Source: Macrostomum hystrix (taxonomy: Eukaryota; Animalia; Platyhelminthes). From it: a stretch of DNA of 64,000 nucleotides. The DNA is taken from contig CATNEN010000001.1 in the NCBI GenBank assembly GCA_950097015.1, positions 3,720,001-3,784,000 of the forward strand, in the 5' to 3' direction. The position numbers were made by a program, and so were the translations under genes. The notes under the pieces were generated by a model. The model saw only the letters and a program-made list of their open reading frames with translations, searched no databases and was not told the origin of the DNA. Shown here one piece after another: positions 36,275 through 49,000 of the stretch (positions are counted from its first letter, which is position 1; every line of letters starts with the position of its first letter).

Positions 36275-38160
36275 GGATGTCACAGATGACAGTAAAGTGT
36301 CACAGATGACAGTGAGGTGTCACAGATGACAGTAAAGTGTCAGGGATGACAGTGAGGTGTCACTGATGACAGTAAAGTGTCACAGATGACAGTAAAGTGT
36401 CAGGGATGACAGTGAGGTGTCACAGATGACAGTGAGGTGTCACAGATGACAGTGAGGTGTCACTGATGACAGTAAAGTGTCACAGATGACAGTAAAGTGT
36501 CACAGATGACAGTAAAGTGTCACAGATGACAGTGAGGTGTCACAGATGACAGTGAGGTGTCACAGATGACAGTGAGGTGTCACAGATGACAGTGAGGTGT
36601 CACAGATGACAGTGAGGTGTCACAGATGACAGTGAGGTGTCACTGATGACAGTGAGGTGTCACAGACGACAGTAAAGTGTCAGGGATGACAGTAAAGTGT
36701 CACAGATGACAGTGAGGTGTCACAGACGACAGTAAAGTGTCAGGGATGACAGTAAAGTGTTACAGATGACAGTGAGGTGTCACAGACGACAGTAAAGTGT
36801 CAGGGATGACAGTAAAGTGTTACAGATGACAGTGAGGTGTCACAGACGACAGTAAAGTGTCAGGGATGACAGTAAAGTGTCACAGATGACAGTGAGGTGT
36901 CACAGATGACAGTGAGGTGTCACAGACGACAGTAAAGTGTCACAGATGACAGTAAAGTGTCACAGATGACAGTGAGGTGTCACTGATGACAGTAAAGTGC
37001 CACAGATGACAGTAAAGTGTCACAGATGACAGTAAAGTGTCACAGACGACAGTAAAGTGTCACAGATGACAGTAAAGTGTCACAGACGACAGTGAGGTGT
37101 CACTGATGACAGTAAAGTGCCACAGATGACAGTAAAGTGTCACAGATGACAGTGAGGTGTCACAGACGACAGTAAAGTGTCACAGACGACAGTAAAGTGT
37201 CAGGGATGACAGTAAAGTGTCACAGATGACAGTGAGGTGTCACAGATGACAGTGAGGTGTCACAGACGACAGTAAAGTGTCACAGAAGACAGTAGAGTGT
37301 CACAGATGACAGTAAAGTGTCACAGATGACAGTAAAGTGTCACAGATGACAGTAAAGTGTCACAGATGACAGTAAAGTGCCACAGATGACAGTAAAGTGT
37401 CACAGATGACAGTGAGGTGTCACTGATGTCAGTGAGGTGTCACAGACGACAGTAAAGTGTCACAGAAGACAGTAGAGTGTCACAGATGACAGTGAGGTGT
37501 CAGAGATGACAGTGAGGTGTCACAGATGACAGTGAGGTGTCATAGATGACAGTGAGGTGTCACTGATGACAGTGAGGTGTCAGGGATGACAGTGAGGAGT
37601 CAGGGATGACAGTGAGGAGTCAGGGATGACAGTGAGGTGTCAGGGATGACAGTGAGGTGTCACTGATGACAGTGAGGTGTTACAGATGACAGTGAGGTGT
37701 CACTGATGACAGTGAGGTGTCAGGGATGACAGTGAGGAGTCAGGGATGACAGTGAGGTGTCAGGGATGACAGTGAGGTGTCAGGGATGACAGTGAGTTGT
37801 CACTGAAGACAGTGAGGTGTCACAGATGACAGTAAAGTGTCACAGATGACAGTGAGGTGTTACAGATGACAGTGAGGTGTCACAGATGACAGTGAGGTGT
37901 CACAGATGACAGTGAGGTGTCACAGATGACAGTGAGGTGTTACAGATGACAGTGAGGTGTCACAGATGACAGTGAGGTGTCACAGATGACAGTGAGGTGT
38001 CACTGATGACAGTGAGGCGTCAGGGGTAACAGTGAGGTGTCACAGATGACATTGAGGTGTCACTGATGACAGTGAGGTGTCACTGATGACAGTGAGGTGT
38101 CAGGGGTGACAGTGAGGTGTCACAGATGACATTGAGGTGTCACTGATGACAGTGAGGTGG
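36275..38160. repeat. 20-bp intergenic satellite (GTCACAGATGACAGTGAGGT / ...GTAAAGT)
   Basis: Exact 20-bp period over about 1.9 kb. Confidence 0.96.
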
Positions 38161-38659
38161 CAGTACTCAAACTAAACTTGGAATGAGAAAGAATTTATTT
38201 ACCTTAGCCGTGGTATTAGCATACAAGTAGTGCATTTAGCACTACGGTTAGCGAACGAAAACTTTTATCATAACAATGCACTTTATGCTGGCTGACTGCA
38301 TTCGTCAGTAGTATATTTTTCAGTAATTCTATTTCACTTTTCTTATCAAAAAAATATTATACCAGCCTTACCAATAGAAAATATTTCTACAATTTTTTTA
38401 ACAGTCAGGTATCAGGTCGGACGAAAAGCTAAAAAGCTTTGTTATAACTCTGCTTGTTTATGGGGCAAAATTTAACGAATTTATTTTATTAGCGTATTAG
38501 AACGAAAAAGAAAAAACAGGTGCGTTTGGATAAGAGCTGAAACCTAAAAATAGCAAACTTGCGACAGAAAAAAACGTGTAAGCCAGTTACTACTGGCCTC
38601 CGATTGTGCATGTAATGTACATTGACTGCATGTACATTAGGGTTCAAGGTCGGGAGCGA

Positions 38660-39415
38660 TCGTGAGGGTGTCTACATTGACGCTTTGGGGTGGTCGGGAG
38701 GGTGTGTGTACATTGAGGGTTTGGGGTGGTCGGGAGGGTGTATGTACATTGAGGGTTTGGGGTGGTCGGGAGGGTGTGTGTACATTGAGGGTTTGGGGTG
38801 GCCGGGAGGGCGTGCGTACATTGAGGGTTTAGGGTGGCCGGGAAGGTGTGTGTACTTTAAGGATTTTGAGTGGCCGGGAGGGCGTATGTACATAGAAGGT
38901 TTTGGGTTGGTCGGGAGAGTGTGTGTACATTGAGAGTTTGAAGTCGTCGGGAGGGTGTGTGTACATTGAGGGTTTGGGGTGGCCGGGAGGGCGTGCGTAC
39001 ATTGAGGGTTTGGGGTGGCCGGGAGGGTGTGTGTACTTTAAGGATTTTGGGTGGCCGGGAGGGCGTATGTACATAGAAGGTTTTGGGTTGGTCGGGAGGG
39101 TGTGTGTACATTGAGGGTTTGAAGTGGTCGGGAGGGTGTGTGTACATCGAGGGTTTGGGGTGGTCGGGAGGGTGTATGTACATTGAGGGTTTGGGGTGGT
39201 CGGGAGGGTGTGTGTACATTGAGGGTTTGGGGTGGTCGGGAGGGTGTGTGTACATTGAGGGTTTGAAGTGGTCGGGAGGGTGTGTGTACATTGAGGGTTT
39301 GGGGTGGTCGGGAGGGTGTGTGTACATTGAGGGTTTGGGGTGGTCGGGAGGGTGTGTGTACATTGAGGGTTTGGGGTGGTCGGGAGGGTGTGTGTACATT
39401 GACGGTTTGGGGTTG
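38660..39415. repeat. 36-bp minisatellite (GTGTACATTGAGGGTTTGGGGTGGTCGGGAGGGTGT)
   Basis: Tandem copies. Confidence 0.93.
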
Positions 39416-40081
39416 TCTTGCTGGGGGTTTGTGAATGGCTTGACGAAAATTTAGGTTTTTAATAAACAATAAAAGCATAATGTATTTTATGTATAACTAT
39501 GATCGGTAAGCATGTATCTTTAGAAAAATAACGTTAATAACAAAGGGCTCGCACCTTATTTAGATTATAGCAGATTAGTTACTGTTAGTTTATGGTCATA
39601 GCCAAAACATGCTACCAATAAAAACAGAATGGCTATGACAAGGTGCCAAAATACCTTGAAAAATATGAAACATAAAATTCACAAAACAAATCGAGCTGAT
39701 TGTTTATTGTACATTGATTTAAAAAAAATCACAAAAACGAGATCAGATCCAAAGAAAAATAGAATAAAGGTTACTGCTATATTTGCCATTTTGCTATTGA
39801 AACAAAAATTTAGCAGCACAAAACACAGCCAACAGAAGTTCTAGTTATTTCTTTTTATAAACTAATTTCTTGCTAGCTATTCATACTACTGACTAGGCTC
39901 AATTCGTGAGTAGTATATATACAGCTCATGTCTTAGTTGGGAATGAAGACTTTAAATAAAAAAATGTTAATTTGAGTACAATTAATTCTAATCAATTTTC
40001 AAATTTAAAACAAAAAATATATTTTTGTTTCTTATTCTTTAGGCAGCCCGCCAGGATTAAACTAATACGACAGACTCAAGA

Positions 40082-43000
40082 CTACAACGGCAGTGGCTGA
40101 TGTTCTAGCAAACTGGGCGGAAGACGAAATCTCGGCTCTCTCGGCTGCTCAGTCAATTGCCGACTTAAACTGTCGAGTACTTTTCGTTCAACAGCTGCCT
40201 TTGGCTCTGCGCCTGCGACTGCATCTTTGCACAACACCCTGGCCAGCTGACGGCACAGCAGTTCCAAGTTGACACCGTTCTTGTCCGCGTTGGCTAGCAG
40301 CTCCTGGGGTGAGAGACGGGGTTCCGTGTACTTTGTACTTGGGATGGGATTCGTACTTGGGGGCGGATGGGGTTCGGTGTTTGAGGGGGGATGGGGTTCG
40401 GTGTTTGGGGGGCGGATGGGGTTCGGTGTTTGAGGGGGGATGGGGTTCGGTGTTTGGGGGGCGGATGGGGTTCGGTGTTTGAGGGGGGATGGGGTTCGGT
40501 GTTTGGGGGGCGGATGGGGTTCGGTGTTTGAGGGGGGATGGGGTTCGGTGTTTGGGGGGCGGATGGGGTTCGGTGTTTGAGGGGGGATGGGGTTCGGTGT
40601 TTGGGGGGCGGATGGGGTTCGGTGTTTGAGGGGGGATGGGGTTCGGTGTTTGGGGGGCGGATGGGGTTCGGTGTTTGAGGGGGGGGATGGGGTTCGGTGT
40701 TTGAGGGGGATGGGGTTCGGTGTTTGAGGGGGGATGGGGTTCGGTGTTTGAGGGGGATGGGGTTCGGTGTTTGAGGGGGATGGGGTTCGGTGTTTGAGGG
40801 GGATGGGGTTCGGTGTTTGAGGGGGATGGGGTTCGGTGTTTGAGGGGGGGGATGGGGTTCGGTGTTTGAGGGGGATGGGGTTCGGTGTTTGAGGGGGATG
40901 GGGTTCGGCGTTTGAGGGGGGATGGGGTTCGGTGTTTGGGGGGCGGATGGGGTTCGGTGTTTGAGGGGGGATGGGGTTCGGTGTTTGGGGGGCGGATGGG
41001 GTTCGGTGTTTGAGGGGGGATGGGGTTCGGTGTTTGGGGGGCGGATGGGGTTCGGTGTTTGAGGGGGGATGGGGTTCGGTGTTTGGGGGGCGGATGGGGT
41101 TCGGTGTTTGAGGGGGGATGGGGTTCGGTGTTTGGGGGGCGGATGGGGTTCGGTGTTTGAGGGGGGATGGGGTTCGGTGTTTGGGGGGCGGATGGGGTTC
41201 GGTGTTTGAGGGGGATGGGGTTCGGTGTTTGGGGGGGGATGGGGTTCGGTGTTTGAGGGGGGATGGGGTTCGGTGTTTGAGGGGGATGGGGTTCGGTGTT
41301 TGAGGGGGATGGGGTTCGGTGTTTGAGGGGGATGGGGTTCGGTGTTTGAGGGGGATGGGGTTCGGTGTTTGAGGGGGGGGATGGGGTTCGGTGTTTGAGG
41401 GGGATGGGGTTCGGTGTTTGAGGGGGATGGGGTTCGGCGTTTGAGGGGGATGGGGTTCGGTGTTTGAGGGGGATGGGGTTCGGTGTTTGAGGGGGATGGG
41501 GTTCGGTGTTTGAGGGGGATGGGGTTCGGTGTTTGAGGGGGATGGGGTTCGGCGTTTGAGGGGGATGGGGTTCGGTGTTTGAGGGGGATGGGGTTCGGTG
41601 TTTGAGGGGGATGGGGTTCGGTGTTTGAGGGGGGGATGGGGTTCGGTGTTTGAGGGGGATGGGGTTCGGTGTTTGAGGGGGATGGGGTTCGGTGTTTGAG
41701 GGGGATGGGGTTCGGTGTTTGAGGGGGATGGGGTTCGGTGTTTGAGGGGGATGGGGTTCGGTGTTTGAGGGGGGGGATGGGGTTCGGTGTTTGAGGGGGA
41801 TGGGGTTCGGTGTTTGAGGGGCGGATGGGGTTCGGTGTTTGAGGGGGGATGGGGTTCGGTGTTTGAGGGGGGATGGGGTTCGGTGTTTGAGGGGGGATGG
41901 GGTTCGGTGTTTGGGGGGCGGATGGGATTCGGAGTTGGGGGCGGATGAGATTCGGTTGTTGATGGGGGCGGATGGGATTCGGTGGTTGTTGGGGGCGGAT
42001 GGGATTCAGTGATTTTTGGGGGGGCGGATGAGTTTCGGTGTTTGGGGGGCGGATGGGATTCGGAGTTGGGGGCGGATGAGATTCGGTTGTTGATGGGGGC
42101 ATGTGGGATTCGGTTGTTGATGGAGGCGGATGGGATTCGGTGGTTGTTGGGGGCGGATGGGATTCAGTGATTTTTGGGGGGGCGGATGAGATTCAGTGTT
42201 TGAGGGGCGGGTGGGATTCGGTGTTAGGGCGTGTGGGATTCGGTGTTAGGGCGGGTGGGATTCTGTTTTAGGGCGAATGGGATTCGGTGTTGGGGCGGGT
42301 GGGATTCTGTTTTAGGGCGAATGGGATTCGGTGTTGGGGCGGGTGGGATTCTGTTTTAGGGCGGGTGGGATTCGGTGTTAGGGCGGGTGGGATTCTGTTT
42401 TAGGGTGAATGGGATTCGGTGTTGGGGCGGGAGGGATTGAAAAGAGGGGATAAGATTTATTAAGTAGGTGTACAGTAGATTCTGACCTGAGCCAAATCCA
42501 GCACCAGACAGAGCAGATTGGCAGCCAAAGGGGAGCTTGGAGTGGGCAGCAGTGGATCAGGCAGGCACTCCAGGTAGACAAACAGAGTCTGCAGGTAGGA
42601 GGAGCCGCCGATATTGTCCAGTGGCAGGTCGTCCATCAGGTCGGTTGAGGTGAGAAGTTCTGCAGCCCGGAGGATCTGCTCGGTGCTGGCCACATCGGTG
42701 AGTAGATCCGGCGCGGCCAGGTGGTGCCGACGAATGTGGCGAACCAGACGGACAACTTCGCGAGGCAGCGGATGCGGCTCAGTCAGGAAGCCTTCGTGGC
42801 GATGAGGGAGAAATATATTTGAATAGATCCCTAGATTCATAGACACCTACTCACCACCACCAGGATTCATAGATTCTTAAATCCCTAGATTCTTATTAAA
42901 TCCCTAGATTCTTAACAAATCCCTAGATTCTTAGCAAATCCCTAGATTCTTAACAAATCCCTAGATTCTTGACAAATCCCTAGATTCTTGACAAATCCCT

Positions 43001-46000
43001 AGATTATTAACAAATCACTAGATTCTTTAAAAAATCCCTAGATTCTTAACAAATCCCTAGATTCTTGACAAATCCCTAGATTCTTAACGAATCCCTAGAT
43101 TCTTAACAACTCCCAGATTTTTAACAAATCCCAAGATTCTCAACAAATCCCAAGATTCTTAACAAATCCCTAGATTCTTAACAAATACCTAGATTCTTGA
43201 CAAATCTCTAGATTCTTGACAAATCCCTAGATTCTTAACAAATCTCTAGATTTTTTAACAAATCGATAAATTTTTAGTGAACCCCTAGATTCTTAACAAA
43301 TCCCTAGATTCCTAAATCCTAAAAAATCCCTAGATTCTTGACAAATCCCTAGATTTTTTACAAATACCTAGATTCTTGACAAATCCCTAGATTTTTTACA
43401 AATACCTAGATTCTTGACAAATCCCTAGATTCCTAAAAAATTCCTAGATTTCTTAACAAATCCCTAGATTTCTTTAATCCCTAGATTTCTTAACAAATCC
43501 TTAGATTCTTCCTAAATCCCTAGATTTCCTCTCAGACCGGTGGGACTCATTCCAGCTCCTTAAAACATCCGAGATTTTCTGAATTCTTCCCAGATCTCCT
43601 GGGCATTTTTCTGGACCCCAGGAGTACTTTCAGATACCCAGAACTGTACTCGAATTTTGAAACCCCTGATTAGTGAATAGCTACCAATGAATTGACCAAA
43701 GCTGGCTGAAATGCAATCCGTTCCGTTGTCGCTGTCAGCTTCTCTGCTGACGTCGCCAGTCTTCTTGGCTGTTGCGGCGGCTGCTGTTGCAACCGAACCG
43801 CGCCTGTAGGCTAAGCGAATGGCCGACCTCAGGTGGGCTGGTTCCAGACGAGCAACCGGGCGTGCCAGACGGCAAGCCACATCCAGCGGCAGGCCGAAAC
43901 AGGTGGGCACCAGATCCGCCTGCGGTATCAGGAAGAAATGCTTGCCGCCGGTGAGGACCTGAGAAAATAGTTATCGAAGTGGATAATTTAAAATTAAAAA
44001 AGGGGGCATCAGGTAAGATTTAACAAAAATGATTTGCTGCTGAGTTTGAAAATGTAAAAGAAATATACGACCGTATATTCTAAGAAATCTAAGAAATCTA
44101 AGATCTAAAAAAGAGGGATTCGCATATGACGACTCGGATAAGGATTATATAGATGGATGAGATAAGAAATCTTGGAATAATTTTCGTGGTAAGTCGGATG
44201 GAAATATTTCTAAGAAATGCTGGCTGAGATGGGATTTTTACGAAAATTTTGGCTAAGATGAGATTTCTAAGAAAGGCCTCTAAGATCAGATTTCTAAGAA
44301 AGGTTGGCTAAGATGAGGTTTCTAAGAAAGGTTGGCTAAGATGAGGTTTCTAGGAAAAGTTGTCTAAGATGAGGTTTCTAAGAAAGGTTGGCTAAGATGA
44401 GGTTTCTAAGAAAGGTTGGCTAAGATGAGATTTCTAAGAAAGGCCTCTAAGATCAGATTTCTAAGAAAGGTTTGGCTAAGATGAGAATTCTAAGAAAGTT
44501 AGGCTAAAATGAGATTTCTAAGAAAAATTGTCTAAGATGAGGTTTCTAATAAAGGTTGGCTAAGATGAGGTTTCTAAGAAAGGTTGGCTAAGATGAGGTT
44601 TCTAAGAAAGGTTGGCTAAGATGAGGTTTCTAGGAAAAGTTGTCTAAGATGAGGTTTCTAAGAAAGGTTGGCTATTATGAAGTTTCTAAGAAAGGTTGGC
44701 TAAGATAAAGTTTCTAAGAAAGGATGGCTGAGATGAGGTTTCTAAGAAACGTTGTCTAAGATGAGGTTTCTAAGAAACGTTGGATAAGATGAGGTTTCTA
44801 AGAAAGGTTGGCTAAGATGAGGTTTCTAAGAAAGGTTGGCTAAGATGAGGTTTCTAAGAAAGGTTGGCTAAGATGAGGTTTCTAAGAAACGTTGGCTAAG
44901 ATGAGGTTTCTAAGAAACGTTGGCTAAGATGAGGTTTCTAAGAAACGTTGGCTAAGATGAGGTTTCTAAGAAAGGTTGGCTAAGATGAGGTTTCTAAGAA
45001 AGGTTGGCTAAGATGAGGTTTCTAGGAAAAGTTGTCTAAGATGAGGTTTCTAAGAAAGGTTGGCTATTATGAAGTTTCTAAGAAAGGTTGGCTAAGATAA
45101 AGTTTCTAAGAAAGGATGGCTGAGATGAGGTTTCTAAGAAACGTTGTCTAAGATGAGGTTTCTAAGAAACGTTGGATAAGATGAGGTTTCTAAGAAAGGT
45201 TGGCTAAGATGAGGTTTCTAAGAAAGGTTGGCTAAGATGAGGTTTCTAAGAAAGGTTGGCTAAGATGAGGTTTCTAAGAAACGTTGGCTAAGATGAGGTT
45301 TCTAAGAAACGTTGGCTAAGATGAGGTTTCTAAGAAACGTTGGCTAAGATGAGGTTTCTAAGAAACGTTGGCTAAGATGAGGTTTCTAAGAAACGTTGGC
45401 TAAGATGAGATTTCTATGAAGAAATGGGCCAAAAAACGACTAGGAAACGTGGGTTCACGAATATTTTTAAGGATTTCCTAGAAAGGATGCGAGGATTTCC
45501 TGGAAAGGGGATAAGATAGGATATCTAAGAAAAGTGGATAAGAATTGGCCCATTTTTTACGGAATTAAGTCAAGATTATAACAGAAACAATTTCTTTTGA
45601 GTCGCATTTTCCTTATAATTATCCTTCAGAAATCATACTTCACGACTCACCACAACTAAAATATCCTCAGGTTTGAAAACAGGATTCGGCTGTTCATCGG
45701 CCCAGCGCCGCATAGCCTCGGCAATGTGCCTGTCTTTGATCGATAGCGACAATTTGATAGCCAGCTGACAGTCCACGTCAATCCTAGACGTGTTTGGCGT
45801 TAGCCGCATAAACGCCGGACAGGTGTCGCCTCCGAAGGCCTCGCTGCTATTGAAATGCCAACGCACTGGAACTCGGCCGGTGTTGCATAGCGACACTCCA
45901 GTCTCGTAGGTTTCAAAGAATGCCACCTGGCCGAAGTTGATCTGTCGGATAACGATGGTTGCAAGAGTTGGATCAATCGCCATTTCGATACATATAGGCC

Positions 46001-49000
46001 ATTGGAAAATGAAGAATATATTGGATCATACTACATATTAGAACTAATTCTTCATCAGTTGTCTGAGTCAATATAGAATAATCCTACTCACTATAGAGTA
46101 AACCAACTAACTCTAGAATAACCCTACTCACTATTAAATGTTCCTGCTCACTCTTGAGTAAGCCTACTCACTCTTGAGTAACCCTACTCACTCTTGAGTA
46201 CACCTACTCACACTTGAGTAAACCTACTCACTCTTGAGTGCACCTGCTTACTCTTGAGTAACCCTACTCCCTCTAGAGTAACCCTACTCACTCTTGAGTA
46301 CACCTACTCACACTTGAGTGCACCTACTCACACTTGAGTACACCTACTCACACTTGAGTGCACCTACTTACTCTTGAGTAACCCTACTCACTCTAGAGTA
46401 ACCCTACTCACTCTTGAGTGCACATACTTACTCTTGAGTAAACCTACTCACTCTAGAGTAAACCTACTCACTCTTGAGTGCACCTACTTACTCTTGAGTA
46501 AACCTACTAACTCTAGAGTAAACCTACTCACTCTTGAGTGCACCTACTTACTCTTGAGTAACCCTACTCACTCTAGAGTAACCCTACTCACTCTTGAGTG
46601 CACCTACTTACTCTTGAGTAACCCTACTCACTCTAGAGTAACCCTACTCACTCTTGAGTGCACCTACTTACTCTTGAGTAAACCTACTCACTCTAGAGTA
46701 AACCTACTCACTCTTGAGTGCACCTACTTACTCTTGAGTAACCCTACTCACTCTAGAGTAAACTTACTCACTCTTGAGTGCACATACTTACTCTTGAGTA
46801 AACCTACTCACTCTAGAGTAAACCTACTCACTCTTGAGTGCACCTACTTACTCTTGAGTAAACCTACTCACTCTTGAGTAACCCTACTCACTCTAGAGTA
46901 ACCCTACTCACTCTTGAGTGCACCTACTTACTCTTGAGTAAACCTACTCACTCTAGAGTAAACCTACTCACTCTTGAGTGCACCTACTTACACTTGAGTA
47001 ACCCTACTCACTCTAGAGTAACCCTACTCAAGTAGTAAGTCAAAATCAGTCAAAGCTAACCTCATGACCCGGATCCAGTACGCACTGCGGCAGAATAGCA
47101 TTCTCCAGTTGATCAATCTGTCTAATCACTTCCCTATAGATGCGTTGTCGCCTCTCCTGGTTCTCTTTGGCAACATCGACTTGCAGTAGGCAAGCAACAG
47201 GTTTATGATCGCTCATCAGGTTGCCAAGGAAACAGTCGTATTTAATGACTTTGCAAGGCACGGCTGAGGTCAGAAACAGAACACGATCGCACCAGCTGGG
47301 TACGCGTGATCTCTCGAGCGAGTACTGATTACCGCCCACTTCGAATTTGTACGATGGCTTGAAAGTTATTTTGGCCTCCTGGTAAATTCAAAGTGGCGTG
47401 TGTTGTCAATATATGGGGTTTAATAATTAATAATTAATAATAATAATAATTTAATAATAATTCACACTTCTAAACATAACTTTCTCTAGAAAGCATTAAA
47501 ATTTATACATCAGCCTTTAAATCTGAGCAGACCTACTTAACCTGAATACTCGCCTACTCAACCTGAATACACGCCTACTCAACCTGAATACACGCCTACT
47601 CAACCTGAATACACGCCTACTCAACCTGAATACACGCCTACTCAACCTGAATACACGCCTACTCAACCTGAATACACGCCTACTCAACCTGAATACACGC
47701 CTACTCAACCTGAACACACGCCTACTCAACCTGAATACACGCCTACTCAACCTGAATACACGCCTACTCAACCTGAATACTCGCCTACTCAACCTGAATA
47801 CACGCCTACTCAACCTGAATACACGCCTACTCAACCTGAATACACGCCTACTCAACCTGAATACTCGCCTACTCAACCTGAATACACGCCTACTCAACCT
47901 GAATACACGCCTACTCAACCTGAATACACGCCTACTCAACCTGAATACACGCCTACTCAACCTGAATACACGCCTACTCAACCTGAATACACGCCTACTC
48001 AACCTGAACACACGCCTACTCAACCTGAATACTCGCCTACTCAACCTGAATACTCGCCTACTCAACCTGAATACACGCCTACTCAACCTGAATACACGCC
48101 TACTCAACCTGAATACACGCCTACTCAAACTGAATACAGAACTACTCAACCTGAATACACGCCTACTCAACCTGAACACACGCCTACTCAACCTGAACAC
48201 ACGCCTACTCAACCTGAATACTCGCCTACTCAACCTGAATACACGCCTACTCAACCTGAATACACGCCTACTCAACCTGAATACTCGCCTACTCAACCTG
48301 AATACACGCCTACTCAACCTGAATACACGCCTACTCAACCTGAACACACGCCTACTCAACCTGAACACTCGCCTACTCAACCTGAACACACGCCTACTAA
48401 ACCTGAATACTCGCCTACTCAACCTGAATACACGCCTACTCAACCTGAATACACGCCTACTCAACCTGAACACACGCCTACTCAACCTGAACACACGCCT
48501 ACTCAACCTGAATACTCGCCTACTCAACATGAATACACGCCTACTCAACCTGAATACACGCCTACTCAACCTGAACACACGCCTACTCAACCTGAACACT
48601 CGCCTACTCAACCTGAACACACGCCTACTAAACCTGAATACTCGCCTACTCAACCTGAATACACGCCTACTCAACCTGAATACACGCCTACTCAACCTGA
48701 ACACACGCCTACTCAACCTGAACACACGCCTACTCAACCTGAATACTCGCCTACTCAACATGAATACACGCCTACTCAACCTGAATACACGCCTACTCAA
48801 CCTGAACACACGCCTACTCAACCTGAACACACGCCTACTCAACCTGAATACTCGCCTACTCAACCTGAATACTCGCCTACTCAACCTGAATACACGCCTA
48901 CTCAACCTGAATACACGCCTACTCAACCTGAATACTCGCCTACTCAACCTGAATACACGCCTACTCAACCTGAATACACGCCTACTCAACCTGAATACAG

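Noticed and set aside
42225-42410. TTAGGG telomeric motifs
   Set aside because: They are isolated hexamers within a larger G-rich unit, not tandem telomeric repeats.
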